Below, piece after piece: positions 14,723 through 29,302 of a stretch of 64,000 nt of DNA (positions are counted from its first letter, which is position 1; each line of letters opens with the position of its first letter). Made by a program: the position numbers and the translations under genes. Source of the stretch: Hormiphora californensis (Eukaryota; Animalia; Ctenophora); contig CM035355.1 of NCBI GenBank assembly GCA_020137815.1, forward strand, positions 6,448,001-6,512,000, written 5' to 3'. The notes below the pieces were generated by a model. That model was not told the origin of the DNA and made no database searches. It saw only the letters and a list, made by a program, of their open reading frames with translations.

Positions 14723-15817
14723 CTCGTGCTAGCGTGCAGGTATATTAAGAACTGTGGTACATTTATCTATTCTTCAGAATAGTAACAGTAGCTTATAAAG
14801 GACTAGTTAAATTAGTCCATTTGCTGCTCGGCTCCCCATACATTCGTTTTGTTAAATATCAAACTTATTTCTATGATAGCTAACTGATAGATTTGTTCTT
14901 TGGAACCCCCCCCCCCCCTCCCGTAAACTATTCTATGTGCGTTTAGTCTTCTGTTGCCGATATTTAACCGAGATATCTCAATTTTCATCTAAGCTATAAT
15001 CGTTGTAAATCTTTTTCACAATCACTGCTTCAAATAGAGAACTCACCTGTTGAACTATAATCGATAGCACATCAAGAAAAGCCTCCCAGTAGAGGTGCCC
15101 AATCTTTTGGGAATGGTTTTCTAAGTACAGCTGGATACCATTCAGGACTTCGCTCAGTAGTGCTTCTTTTAGTGAGCTTGCTCTGATTGCCTGTGGGGGA
15201 AGGGATGTTAAAACTTTAGGGAGGAAGTCCTGAAAACAATGCAGAGCTGTTTAATATGTAGCAGGTAGCTCCATCTAATACCACCGAATTCCGAAGATAG
15301 GACTAGCAATAATGCCCATCATACTATTTGTAGCTCAGACTGTTACTACTAAGTTGATATTTACTTAGCAGTATTTACTTCCTTTTTCTATGGGTTCATT
15401 TATCCTTTCTGAGTTAGCTTTCAATTATAAACTGTTTGCGGCATGTGTGTTTCCGTTACACCAAGTGCTTCTCTTTAGCTTCTAAAGTGATGATATAATG
15501 ATGCTTTAAAACTCCATTTCTGTCTATCTGTACTTTCCCTGTGAGATCACACCGCCAGTATCAGAAGTCAGAACCATCCATCTCAGCACCAGTATCTCTC
15601 CCAACTATAGCTCCTATCGAGCTTTAAAGAATAGTCTATACTATCTGAGTGAGATAATACCACCGCCAATTTCCCTCCTATCTCACCGCCAGTATCCCAG
15701 CCATCTAGCTCTTGAGGAGCTTTAAAGAATAGTCTAGAAAGTGAAACTAAAAGTGAAGAGAAGTCCAGTAGTAGCACGTTCTGTAGAAGATTAAACGACA
15801 GAATAAAGATAGAGGAT

Positions 15818-15884
<67 letters not shown>

Positions 15885-16694
15885 TAGAGGGCTGGAAGTG
15901 CTTGCCAACTTGTTGAAATGTGTGTGCTAGTTCTACCTCCTTTCTTTCTTCCTAATTTCTCTCTCCATTCCTCTCCCTCCCTCTCTCAATATCTTCTCAG
16001 CGCTGTAGGTTGGATTCAGGTTTATTTTCTGCCTGCAATTCTTCAATAGTCGGGGTCTTCAGTGGGCCGAATGACCACTAGCGTCGTGAAATCATTCCTC
16101 CATAACCACTATCTTCCCACCATCTCTCGCTCTTCGTTCTCTCTCAAGTTTGTGTGTTCCGCCTGCTCCGAAGTTGTAACAAATATTATCCCATGAGGCT
16201 CCAACTAGAGATATCTCTCTCTTTCTCTATCTATCTCTCCCTATATCTCTATCTCTCTAGCTTCCCTCTCTCCATGCCTCTCTCTATCTATCTCTCTATC
16301 CCCTCAGCTAGTATAGAGAGATTTCCTTTTTGTCTTCCTCTCTGCCTTGGGTCTCCCTCTGTATAGGTTTATATTGTTCAAATATTTAATTTATATTTTA
16401 GTGTGTGTTAGAGTTCGAACAACTAGAACTCTGTGTTTTACCGTTTTCGATATTATAATTGGAGCTGAGGGAACTGGGAAGGGGTCATTTAAATTAAAGT
16501 GGGCATTTAAACGTGCTAGTTACCTGACCTAACTAAAACACAGTTGTTTGCCAATTTGTGTAGTGGTAGTTAGCCTATCACACTAAAATATTGCGTGTAT
16601 GTTAGTGCGTCATACCATGATACCTCGTGCATGTATTTGTTAGCGGTATATCATATAATTTTGCACACTTCCCAGGCAGGCAGAGAGAGGGAGA

Positions 16695-16726
<32 letters not shown>

Positions 16727-19700
16727 TAGCATAGAGATATATAGAGAGAGAAGCTTCCTGTGTTATTACTACTGCCGCGGACAGCCTATAGTTATGTAGT
16801 TCTATTGGAACGTGTGGTAGATTGTACAAATTGCCGTCTGATCTCTGTCCCTCTCTCACACACATTTGTTGTCTCCATCTTTTAGAGTTACACCCAGTAG
16901 TTACACTGGAAAGTAACAGCACTCTATTTGTCTCATATAAGACTGTCCTCACCGGGTGAGGCAGCGTGAGGTCGAGCAGGATATAATATTATTACAGTCA
17001 GAGCCTGACAACTCTCTCTCTATGCATTATTATCCCTGTTTTGTCAAACAACATCTCTCTATCACACATCAAGTTCTCTTTGAAGCACTTTTACTCGATA
17101 ATTGCACGCTATTAGCACTACTGCTCTTGAACAATTACAGCTCTTTCTCTCTGTCTCTTCCTTAGTAGCGTTTTTGCGAGAAAGATCGCATGATAAGTAG
17201 ACAAGTTGCAATAAAAGTTGTAATAAAATTTAAATCGTCTGGAGACATTGTGTCCCTCTGTAGATCTATTTAACAATCTATTATGCTGTTAATATCGTGT
17301 CAATATACTGCTGCACTGTAGTGTATGTAGTGTGACAGTGATACATGTCGTGCTTTATTTACCACACATTCTGCAATTATCACTCTCTATCTCTATCTAT
17401 CTTTATCTCTTTATTTCTCTCTTTTTTTCTAGCTCTCTCGTTGAAAAAGTTAGCTTCAGAAATGAGGTTGAGACGCTCGGATAGTGAGTGAGACAGAGAT
17501 AGAGAGAGAGAGATAGATAGATAGAGAGAGCAGAGATATAGAGTGTGGAGCAACGAGAGATGGAAAGATAGAGAAATAGGCAAGTGTGGTGATTTCTTGT
17601 TAATTAAATGTCCCTGACGTCCTACTACAGTATGCACAGCTCACAGCTTCTCCTTACTCTCCGGTATATATTTGCCGGTCTCCGTGTGGTGTACTCTTTT
17701 TCTTGTCGCTCACTGCATGCTTTCCTATACCATTGCCATCCTCTACAGCTTTCCCAAACTAAAAGATTGTAAATGTTGAGACTTGCCGCTAATGTTATTG
17801 TTTCTCAAACTACTACAGCTTTCCCAAACTAACTCTATTGAGTTCTTTAATTTGCTGTTTCTCACACTCCTGTTTCTCACACTACTAAGTACTAATATTG
17901 TTTGTTTCTCACACTACTAATATATTCATATATTGTTAGATCATGTCTTCAGCTGCAGAATTCGATTCATTCATCAGAAAGAGAGCTTGGCGAGGTAGGA
18001 ATACGGATTACGGGTGGGGTGGGGGTACAGGGTGTGTTTGTTTGACATGTCCAGCTCTGGAATAAATTGGGCCAATTTGTTCGATGCAGAACTAAAGTCT
18101 TGTCTCTATAATGTACATCTCCGCAGGTCAAACGGCGGACGATGTCCTGCAACTACGAGAGCAATTTACTGAGCTTTCAAATAATCTCTACACTGAAATT
18201 ATCCTCGATTGGATCGCACATAGAAAACCTAAACAGGTTTGTTGTTTGATGATAGATAGAACTAGCGGTCCTAGCCACATGTCTCACAAAGACAGTGACA
18301 GGTTCTAACCACAGCGACAAACCCCGACAAACCAACCTTATAATGTGGTAACAGCTAAACCCCGCTGCGCCCCCACTGCAATGCCCCACTGATATTATAC
18401 TACCCTCTCAACCACCCCTCTCTCTTCCAGGAGGTAGTCACTACAATCTGGGACACATCAGTGCAGCTCAACCTAAACACCGATTATCAAGATATAATCA
18501 GGGCCCACCTAGCCCTCTCCAAATACCAACTACCCTACGTGTGTAGGACACGCCAAGTCAGTGAGCTGCAAACCCTCCAATGTTGGAGCCTCCAAGGAAC
18601 ACACCAGATAGCATCATTTCTGTCTGGGGAGGAGATCACAGTTCGGGCAAAATGCCAGATGAGCTCATGTACAAAGGAGGGTGAACACGGGGCGAGTGTG
18701 AGGTTGTGTAATAACGCAGGACGGATTGATAGTGTTGATATCTCCCCCACTGAACACAGCCACTCTGGGTACAAACATTGGTTTCTGGTAAAGGAAAATG
18801 GGCAGTTTGTGTCCCTGTACACCACACCACATGCAGTGCTGGTTGGTGAGCTGAAGAAGAGTAAAAAGTGTCAAATTTGTGTGCTTATCTTGGACCTTGA
18901 TTCTATACTCAGTGAACCTTGATATATCGGGGACATTTTAGGCGATATCTAACTTGCATGTACATCTGCAAAAGAAATAATCCAGCGTGTCTGGACTCTG
19001 GATGCAATGCATGTTTCCCACACAGCCCCACGAGTCAGTACACGCACAAAAAACAGCCGTACCCCTAATAACAAACTAACTGAGCGTGGTTTTGTGCTGG
19101 CAGCCCCTGTTCTACTCAATTATATGTTGTCCTGATTTTATCTAATACACAGTATTCTTACTGATAATAAGGTGATTTAACTAAAATTTTAGCCTCAACC
19201 ACAAAAAAATTTGTTACAAAGGATTTCCACCTCAAATGTACTCCTAAGGGTCCCCTCTATCGATTCCAACCAATGTTCATATTTGTTCAGGGGTACTAAG
19301 GCCTCATTTCCGGGTGGGCGTGGTACCTGTATTTTCAGCCTGAGGCCAAAACCATAAGTACCCTTAAAATAGGAGTAGAGATAAAATCGAGGGCACTAGA
19401 GTGATCAGCGTCCTCGCATTAGTGGGGGTATGTGCCGGAATTAAGTCTCTATCTCATCTGGTTAATTAGATAATTGGATAATTAGTTTTGCGCATAACCG
19501 TTTTTTGGCTATATGGCTATAGCCACTTAGGAATGGTTTAGAGACTTTTCATTGGTGCCATTTTGTAGACAAAACGAAGTTAAAGGGGGTCGACGTCGGA
19601 CTTTTAAGCTCTATCTTCAACCGTTTAGCCGTTATTTGGCTTTAACGGTGTTCAAAATCGGGGTTTTTACCGTATTTTGCTCATTTGGAGAATCTTAAAA

Positions 19701-22146
19701 GTCAAATAACGGCTAAACGATTGAAGATAGAGCTTAAAAGTTCGACGTCGACCCGCCTTAACTTCGTTTTGCCTACAAAATGGCACCAATGAAAAGTCTC
19801 TAGACCATTCCTAAGTGGATATAGCCATATAGCCAAAAAACGGTTACGCGCAAAACTAATTATCCAATTATCTAATTAACCAGATGAGATAGAGACTTAA
19901 TTCCGGCACCTACCCCCACTAATGCGAGGACGCTGATCACTCTAGTGCCCTCGATTTTATCTCTACTCCTATTTTAAGGGTACTTATGGTTTTGGCCTCA
20001 GGCTGAAAATACAGGTACCACGCCCACCCGGAAATGAGGCCTTAGCACCCCTGAACAAATATGAACATTGGTTGGAATCGATAGAGGGGACCCTTAGGAG
20101 TACATTTGAGGTGGAAATCCTTTGTAACAAATTTTTTTGTGGTGTTCCTGGCTTATCACCTTACTATGATTCAAGTATCAACGTGTTTTATTTTAGTGTC
20201 CAATACTAGCTAGACTGGCTTGAGTCATTTGTGTGTTTAAAATGAATACTACTAATCGCAATGACATTCTGAGACCAACCAATAATAATTGATAATGTAA
20301 CACGGTACCACTAACCGTTGAGACGGCCCCCAGGATAGCAGTACAATGGTGGTTCCTATTGTTTAAACAGTGCAGGTTACAGTTCCACAGGCAGCCACTA
20401 AGGAGAGCCACAGCTGACAACTGGATCTTATCGGGACCCACAAAGGACGCCTTGGGAGGGAGTTCCAAGAATCGACATAGAATACAGACACAGGTGTGTT
20501 CCATGCATTCAAGAGATAGTATCTTAGTCATCATCTGAGGAGAGTGGGTGTATTTAAAATTTAGATAAGCTCAATAGTCACTACTCACTGAGTACTACTC
20601 AGCCTTGAACTGACCCTAAAAGCCTGTAAACACTCAATCCTATACTCACGTTGTATAGTGACTGTGAGTTGGGTACATCGTGTCGGACAGTACAGATATA
20701 CAGGAGCACCGTTTCTAGGCAGTCCGGGGGGAGAATCGCGTACTGGACAACCACTTCAATGTAGTTTATACACTCATGTATCTGGATAACAGTAGGGATA
20801 CCAAGTTGTAGTTATATTTTATGCCTAGTTTTTGTGCAAAATAGACTAGCTGATTATATGGTCAGTATTTCGTTATATCATAACTGCAGTCGGACCCCGA
20901 TTTACTCAGGGGGATAAATTTTGGCCAGTAGATCAGGAACTGCAACACCATCTACATACCTCATCATTTGTCTGTTTGTTGCGAACATCAAAACACTGGT
21001 CAATGATCGAGCTAAGCAGATGCTGGTCGACATACGTAGAGTTGGTTTTAGTCAGATCTGCAATGAACTTGAGAACTTGTACCATCTTTTTCCTCTCTAT
21101 CATCAGGGGCAACAAGTTGAACAGGTGCTCACCTGGAGAGAAGTGTGGTTAACAATTCATGTGGTTACCATGGTTACCAACTCAAGCGGTTACCAATCAC
21201 GCGACGAGTTCCCTACTGAGTTAAAACCGTAGGCGAGAAGGTTACGCTTATCATTGGTTGTTATATCTGATGAACATTTAATCCTGTGGAGCCCTTACTA
21301 ATGTGTTCCTCCAGCATGTGAAGATTGGTTCCGTTCTCAGTGAGAGATGTCAGGAGCTGAAAACACGGCTCCACGTCCTCTGAGGACTTGATGAAAGCGA
21401 AGAGTGTCTGTCTCATCGGGCCTAGCTGGTCCAACTGAACAGAGAGAGAGGGAGAGATAAGGGAGTGTGTGTTATAGGCCAATCAAGATGAGGGAGTAAA
21501 ATATGATGACCAATTACAGGGTGTAGTAGTAAACAAATTTGATGAGTCTTTGCATCTGATACACATGCCATCAGAAAACTCCTGCCCTTACAAGTACTCA
21601 GATAAGAGGTGATCTACAACTCTGACTCATGCAAATCTGGTTACAGACTCACATGACTGCTAACAAGTGCATTTAGAAATCCAATGACCCGATGTCGGGC
21701 ATCCATCTGACCATCCTTCGTGATATCTTTAACCGCCAGCCACAGTGACTCAATGACACTCTTGTCCAGCTTCCGTTGTTCAACTTTTTCTACCAAACTC
21801 TTCAGTAACTTTAACCGATCTGCCAACTTTCCATTTTTAAGCTCCTGGAAGTGAGGGGTAAGGGGTTATTATTATTGTTCATTCACTGGGCAGAACCCTT
21901 CTAGTTCAGGCTCTGGCTGGATAGGCTACTATAAAAATGAAAAGTGTAAACAATACAATGAAGACCCATACCCCAATCTTAGATTTCTTGACTAGCAAAC
22001 TGACAAAATATTTTGCAGTAAAATCTAATATCTACCTGTAATGAAGCGTGATCAAGTGTAAAATCATCCTGGGTAGACCGAGAGGTAACTGTGCCTCTCG
22101 AACTTCCACCAAATATGGAGTGAAAGCTAAAGGATTTCCTGGCCAT
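3303..22146 (-). CDS. TSC2: Tuberin (TSC2), multi-exon, C-terminal Rap-GAP domain
   Basis: The large last exon (about 3303-5891) encodes THKIGVLYVG...GSTRYVEF...YVGGLD...DG...QVIFHVATLMP...NKKRHIGNNFVTIVYNDS. Tuberin-like upstream exons read at about 22146-22036, 21845-21652, 21440-21297, 20534-20316, 15190-15047, 8126-7941 and 7727-7662. At least one exon is not resolvable in the noisy region. Confidence 0.93.
7505..7651. repeat. (CAAA)n microsatellite in a TSC2 intron
   Basis: Roughly 35 near-perfect CAAA units. Confidence 0.97.
8154..9925 (+). mobile_element. Helentron/DINE-1-like non-autonomous element hosting a Helitron dimer
   Basis: 5' hairpin tggtcac...gtgacca. Internal (tatgtatc)n microsatellite at about 8418-8460. 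aaggtgacca recurs at about 9877, followed by a small GC hairpin. Boundaries approximate. Confidence 0.45.
8852..9473 (+). mobile_element. Head-to-tail dimer of a ~310-bp non-autonomous Helitron (8852-9161, 9162-9473)
   Basis: Each unit starts TCTCTATTATAA and ends with the hairpin gcgcaccca-x-tgggtgcgc plus CTAG. A second hairpin, cacccggcgaagccgggtg, lies upstream. The dimer sits between A8851 and T9474 with no TSD. Confidence 0.85.
9960..17600. repeat. Low-complexity region with many (GA/TC)n tracts; partly degenerate or noisy sequence within TSC2 introns
   Basis: (GA)n runs at about 9970-10100, 10930-11030, 11620-11680, 12315-12460, 14685-14720 and 15820-15880. Imperfect duplicated segments (13870-13910 vs 14775-14815). 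Confidence 0.8.
17943..18922 (+). CDS. Unknown 217-aa protein; 3-exon gene nested antisense in a TSC2 intron (17943-17994, 18127-18236, 18431-18922)
   Basis: ATG follows ttgttag-atc. Two GT-AG introns with matching phases (1, 0) give one open frame: MSSAAEFDSFIRKRAWRG/QTADDVLQLREQF...KPKQ/EVVTTIWDTSVQLNL...LDSILSEP*. Confidence 0.75.
19170..20161. mobile_element. ~1 kb palindromic foldback/MITE-like element
   Basis: 19199-19645 is the near-perfect reverse complement of 19695-20143. Outer termini aggtgat/atcacct are flanked by TA on both sides. Confidence 0.85.
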
Positions 22147-22389
22147 CTTTTGCCCCTGCTGCCGCTCCACCGGGGCTTGACATGTACGGGACCTAATTAG
22201 GGACACTGGAGGGGAAAAAGAGATTAGGTATGTCCTTAGCTACATATAAACTGCAAATCTTACGCCAAATGAAAATCAGTGTTTTCTATAAATTTGAAAA
22301 TGAAAATAACAAGTTATACAAAACGCGAATTACAAATTACAGACCTTCAAAAAACAAAATAACTTAGAAAATATTTAAAAATCAGAGAG

Positions 22390-23386
22390 TTAGTACATAT
22401 TTCTCGATAGTTGCTGTCTCAGTCTCTCCATCTCTCGTGTGTGTTCCAGCTTCTGGGCAGCTAACTTTCTCTTGTACATGTCCACATTATGATTGCTGCT
22501 GATGGACCTCTGTAATCTCTGGTACCTGTCCTCGAATTCCTGCTTCATTTTCGCCTGGATGTCAGAGTGCTCATTTTCCTGGTACTCCAGTCGGGTTTTC
22601 AGGGTACTGACTTCTTCCCGGAGAGAGCTTGTCTGTGAAGTGGTACACGTTATAAAAAGGAGTTGAGCAATAAAATAGGCTAGTGAAGAGATGAAATTGG
22701 TTGATAGAACCAAGAAAACAAACCAATTTATCGCTCTCGTCCTTCCTCTTTTCCATCATCAAGCGACCCTCCTCTTCCAACAGCCGCCTTTCATCTTCAC
22801 ATTTCTGTTTGATCTCCCCCACCTCTCTTTCTAACTGTTCACGTCCTTCGTCCGCTTTACGTACCAAATCATCGTACGCTTCTCGAAGTTGGGCGTGGTC
22901 GTCTTTCAATCGCTGGTTCATTTGTATCGAAATTATCTGCGAAACATCAGACTAATTAATTGTACAGATCTGATTATCAAATCTTTGAGTTTGAGAATGA
23001 AAAAAGTATTTTATGATTGAAAAGACTGAAGTATTGTGTGATTGTTTTGAGACTTCACCTTATCGAGTGTGGCGTTTTCGGTCTGATTCAACTTTTCACA
23101 TACATCCTTGTATGCACGGTCTTTGGTTTGCAGTTTAGTTGTGAGAATCTGTAACTGCTCTTCCAGCGAGTCAACCTGGGGGATAGTGGTGTAGTATTTA
23201 GACTCGCTCTGTCTCTGTCTCTGTCTCTCTGTCTCTCTCCCCCTCTCTATCGGTGACCACACAGCTGCACTGTTGTTGGTTCATTGCACTGACCTTGTTA
23301 TTGAGACTCTGGTTTTCATTCTTCAGGTTTGTAGCCGCAACAAGTGCCTTCTTCACTTCACAGCCCAGGTTATCTAAATCTTGCAT
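22390..23386 (-). CDS. Multi-exon coiled-coil protein, CCDC152-like
   Basis: Four coiled-coil-rich exons (ORF pieces 23386-23260, 23175-23059, ~22937-22725, 22632-22390). The C-terminus DMYKRKLAAQKLEHTREMERLRQQL resembles the CCDC152 C-terminal motif as I recall it. Confidence 0.65.
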
Positions 23387-23520
23387 ACCTCAACAAGGCT
23401 ACTGCAAGGCAATACTGATTACTGTTTTATGGGGCAAAGGTTGGGTAGAACAAGTCACGGATGCTCAAATCTTGTATAAAACCATCCAAATAATAACTTA
23501 CTATGTAACAAAACAAAACA

Positions 23521-24651
23521 CTATCCATTCAAAACATTTTTTGTCCGTTTTTCCTCTTTTTCGATCTTTTTCTCTCCCTCAACTTCCCTCAAACTAGGCT
23601 GCTTACCCTTGAGCAGCAAACTGTCATTCTGAGCTGCAATATACCGAGTTTTAACCTCCTCAATCTGTCCTCCCAACCTTCCAAACTCCTCCGACTGCTG
23701 AATATACGGCCTCAATACGCTCACTTTCCCCTCCAACCCGTGTAGTTGTCTGACAGTATTGGTCCGTAGTACAAGCTGTGTTACAAGCCCGACACTGTTA
23801 GCGGACACACAGTAAAGAATGAGGCTGGTTGGACACCACCCTTGTACCATGGTCAGAAGGAACAACTGGACGGGGGCTTTGAAACCAAAAACTGGTTTTG
23901 GGAGGATCAGACCGAAGGGGTGGTATCGTGAGATAGCCACGATTAGAGAGGAGTTGATGAAGGGAAGAAGGAAGTAGGGATCACATTCAGAAAGGTTGTT
24001 GAACCAGAGCAGTCCTCCTGTCAATAGGGGCTCGTAGGTTAGATTAGATAGGTAGGACAGGGAAATGAGAAAGGATAGAGGGATGAGTGTGGTGGCATAC
24101 ATCGGCCACATGCTGGGGAAGGTCATCAGGCTACTTTCCCTACAGAGCTGATCTCGTGCACTAAAAGCCCGTTTCAAGGCCTCCCCTGACCCAACTTGAA
24201 GCACATTGTCGAAGTATGTCCTGAGGAAGACACCCAACTGGGGTGGTGACTCCTTTACCAGAGTTTGGAAGTCTAGCCTCCACCTCACGTGGCAGGGGTA
24301 AAGGGATAACTTGATGGCAGCGGCGGTGACTCCAATAACAACTGCCCACGAAGCCCCAGTTAGACACTGCACATTGTTCAGGGTATGACTAATGACCATT
24401 GTTGGACTGGCATTAGCAAGGCTGAGCGCTGGCAAGGAACTCACGACATTGACCAGCACATCAGGAATGTAGTCTATCATGTGTTCCTCCATTCCTGGAA
24501 AAGTTCCAAATTGATCCAAACCACCCTCCTGTCCGTACAGACTGCCCGCCCTACTTTCCAGGGGGTCCTTCGGCAGGTTTATTGTGCCAATCAGGCGGCA
24601 AAGGGGCGCTGGTGGAGGTCGCAAACATAGCCTTCGTATTACTCCATGCAT
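23521..24651 (-). CDS. Oxa1/COX18/YidC-family mitochondrial inner-membrane insertase, intronless, 376 aa
   Basis: Motifs TGASWAVVIGVTAAAIKLSLYP and LLTGGLLWFNNLSECDPYFLLP. Several transmembrane segments and a presequence-like N-terminus. Confidence 0.88.
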   Translation of the reverse strand: MHGVIRRLCLRPPPAPLCRLIGTINLPKDPLESRAGSLYGQEGGLDQFGTFPGMEEHMIDYIPDVLVNVVSSLPALSLANASPTMVISHTLNNVQCLTGASWAVVIGVTAAAIKLSLYPCHVRWRLDFQTLVKESPPQLGVFLRTYFDNVLQVGSGEALKRAFSARDQLCRESSLMTFPSMWPMYATTLIPLSFLISLSYLSNLTYEPLLTGGLLWFNNLSECDPYFLLPFINSSLIVAISRYHPFGLILPKPVFGFKAPVQLFLLTMVQGWCPTSLILYCVSANSVGLVTQLVLRTNTVRQLHGLEGKVSVLRPYIQQSEEFGRLGGQIEEVKTRYIAAQNDSLLLKGKQPSLREVEGEKKIEKEEKRTKNVLNG

Positions 24652-24924
24652 CCTGGGTACACAATGGATTAGTGGTAGAGGGAGGGAGGGGTAGTTGGGG
24701 TACGGGTGGTGGTTGTAAAATATTAAACCAAACTTTCATAGGCAGGCATATATTACATATTGGTGATTATAAAACAAGAAACACAACGTAAGCTACTGAA
24801 CATTCATTCTCTCTTGTCATGCGGATTATAGTCGACTTTCGGGCACATTTTATCTTCTCTGGAGCGGCCAGAGCTGAGGGGCAGTGGAACAGAGGGCGCC
24901 AGGGTCCCAGAGGGGGTGCCAATT

Positions 24925-27508
<2,584 letters not shown>

Positions 27509-27692
27509 TTCCTGAAAAAGAAAACCATGATAGTAATTGAGTCATTTTCTAATTCAACCCCTGCTATGCTTTTTCGCAGTAAATTGGCATCCGGTTGACA
27601 GTATAAAACTCTTAAAATCAATCTTTGAGAAGTCAGTAGAGTTCAAGCATTAAAATACACTGTATTTAACATTTCGAATGTATATTGATGTA

Positions 27693-28484
27693 CTACTTTA
27701 CCTCTTTAACTGTTGTGCAAAGCGAGGAAGGCAGGGAGTTAATTGTAGTGAAAATACCCGATCTCGCTGTTTCAACTTTACTGAAAATAGGGGAGTTGAA
27801 AATCAAGCTATAACAGCTGGGTACATGGGATATCACCCGTCTTCTTGTATTCATCTGTTCTAGTACTAGTATTAGGTTACCTGTTGGTCTGTTTCACTGT
27901 TACTAGGTCACCAATTACCTGTTTGTCTGTTCCACCAGCTTCAATTTTTGATCTTTTTGAATTTTGATCATCTGAATGAGCGTTTCCAGGGCTTGGTGTG
28001 GCCTGAACTTGTTAATTAGATGGTGGAAGTTGCAGAACAGTAACTCAATGTCTTCCAACTTTTTTATTCGAATCGGACTCGCCCTGCATTTGATCAGGAT
28101 GTCTAACAGGTCTAAAAAGTTGACGAGGAGGGATGCGTTGATCTTTTTGAGCTCTTTTATGCTGTCCGCTGCGTCAGTGTAAAGCTGTGTCACTCCAAAC
28201 TCCCGGAGAGGCGCTAGTATCGATTTAGGATCGTCCGGCTGAGATAAGAACCAATGTTACAGAACTAATACTCCTTTTTTCAAATTAAAATTGAAACGCA
28301 ATCAGTACAATCTACATACGTTGTGATTGATTCCAAAAGCAGTGAAATCTGCAATTGGGGGAGGTGGTGGAGGTGGGGCAGTTCCTGCAAGGACAGCTTC
28401 CTTGGTGTACTGCTTAAAGTAAATCTCAGGAGGGGGCGCCATCACCGAAAGGAGCTTTTGATCCGGTTCCGTGGACTGTAACAT
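27693..28484 (-). CDS. MED7: Mediator complex subunit 7
   Basis: MAPPPEIYFKQYT...APPPPPPP..FTAFG/...ELKKINASLLVNFLDLLDILIKC...KLEDIELLFCNFHHLINKFRPHQALETL. Three exons; the end of the last exon is uncertain. Confidence 0.93.
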
Positions 28485-28740
28485 GTCGACTAGAACACAA
28501 TCGTTGTTTGAGAGAAACTCAATATTTGACAGGAAGAGGGGCAACACGAGTAGCCAAATTAATATAACGCTCACACTAACGCCGATTCCCAAACATAGCC
28601 CCAAAGAGACAAAACGGGTAGCCACTAGCCCTAACCCGTCTTGACCGCAAAAATCGATAGATTATTAGCAGTGTAAGGCACCAAAATTTGGGCGCCGTTA
28701 AGAGGTGCTCGGCTCACGCTGCCAAAGAAGTACCCTGCAA

Positions 28741-29302
28741 TAAAATGGCTCTAACCACCAAACCACTCAACCGTTAATAAAACTCCCTGACCGGAGTTCC
28801 GAGCTGCCGCCCCTGACATCCAGAGACTTGCTGGTAACCAGCAGCTGGTTTAACTGATAGGAAATCTCAAGCTCTAACCCCAACCTGAACCCCCAACTCT
28901 AGCCATAATCCTTATTTAGCCCTAACCGAGAGTAGTGACACCCAAAAACGCTAAAAAAAGAAGAGAAACACTCAGATTTCGAAAGTTTGCATTTGTCAAT
29001 TTTATTTTCTAGAAATAGACCGAGCCGCGGCATCGCAGTCTTAAATTTTTTCGCGCGTTACAACAATATCTTGTTTTGCAGCGCTGTTTTATTTGAAATC
29101 GTTTTAACAAAAAACCAGGCCTGTCGAGATTTTTTGGGCCAGCGTTTGGTGAGAGCTGACAAACGGTTTTTTAGGGTTAGGGCTAAAGTATGGTTAGGTT
29201 TAGGGTTGGGGTTTGGGTTGGGGTTAGGCCTTGACATTTCCTACCAGATAAACTTTGAATTAGCCAAAACGGTTGAGTGGTTCGGCGGTTAGAGCCGTTT
29301 TA
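28741..29302. mobile_element. MITE-like element with long imperfect terminal inverted repeats (TIRs) and (TAACCC/GGGTTA)-like subterminal repeats
   Basis: taaaatggctctaaccaccaaaccactcaaccgtt pairs with aacggttgagtggttcggcggttagagccgtttta. The inner arms are also complementary. Confidence 0.7.

Noticed and set aside
11816-17637. Numerous short ORFs rich in L/S/R/E/P
   Set aside because: They derive from (GA)n and poly-C low-complexity, probably noisy sequence, with no protein-like signal.
28485-28625. Hydrophobic N-terminal extension of MED7 in the ORF track
   Set aside because: It starts at a non-ATG codon upstream of the acceptor. The ATG at 28484 fits MED7.
28870-29230. Interstitial telomere
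   Set aside because: The TAACCC/GGGTTA-like units are degenerate and lie symmetrically within the arms of a MITE.
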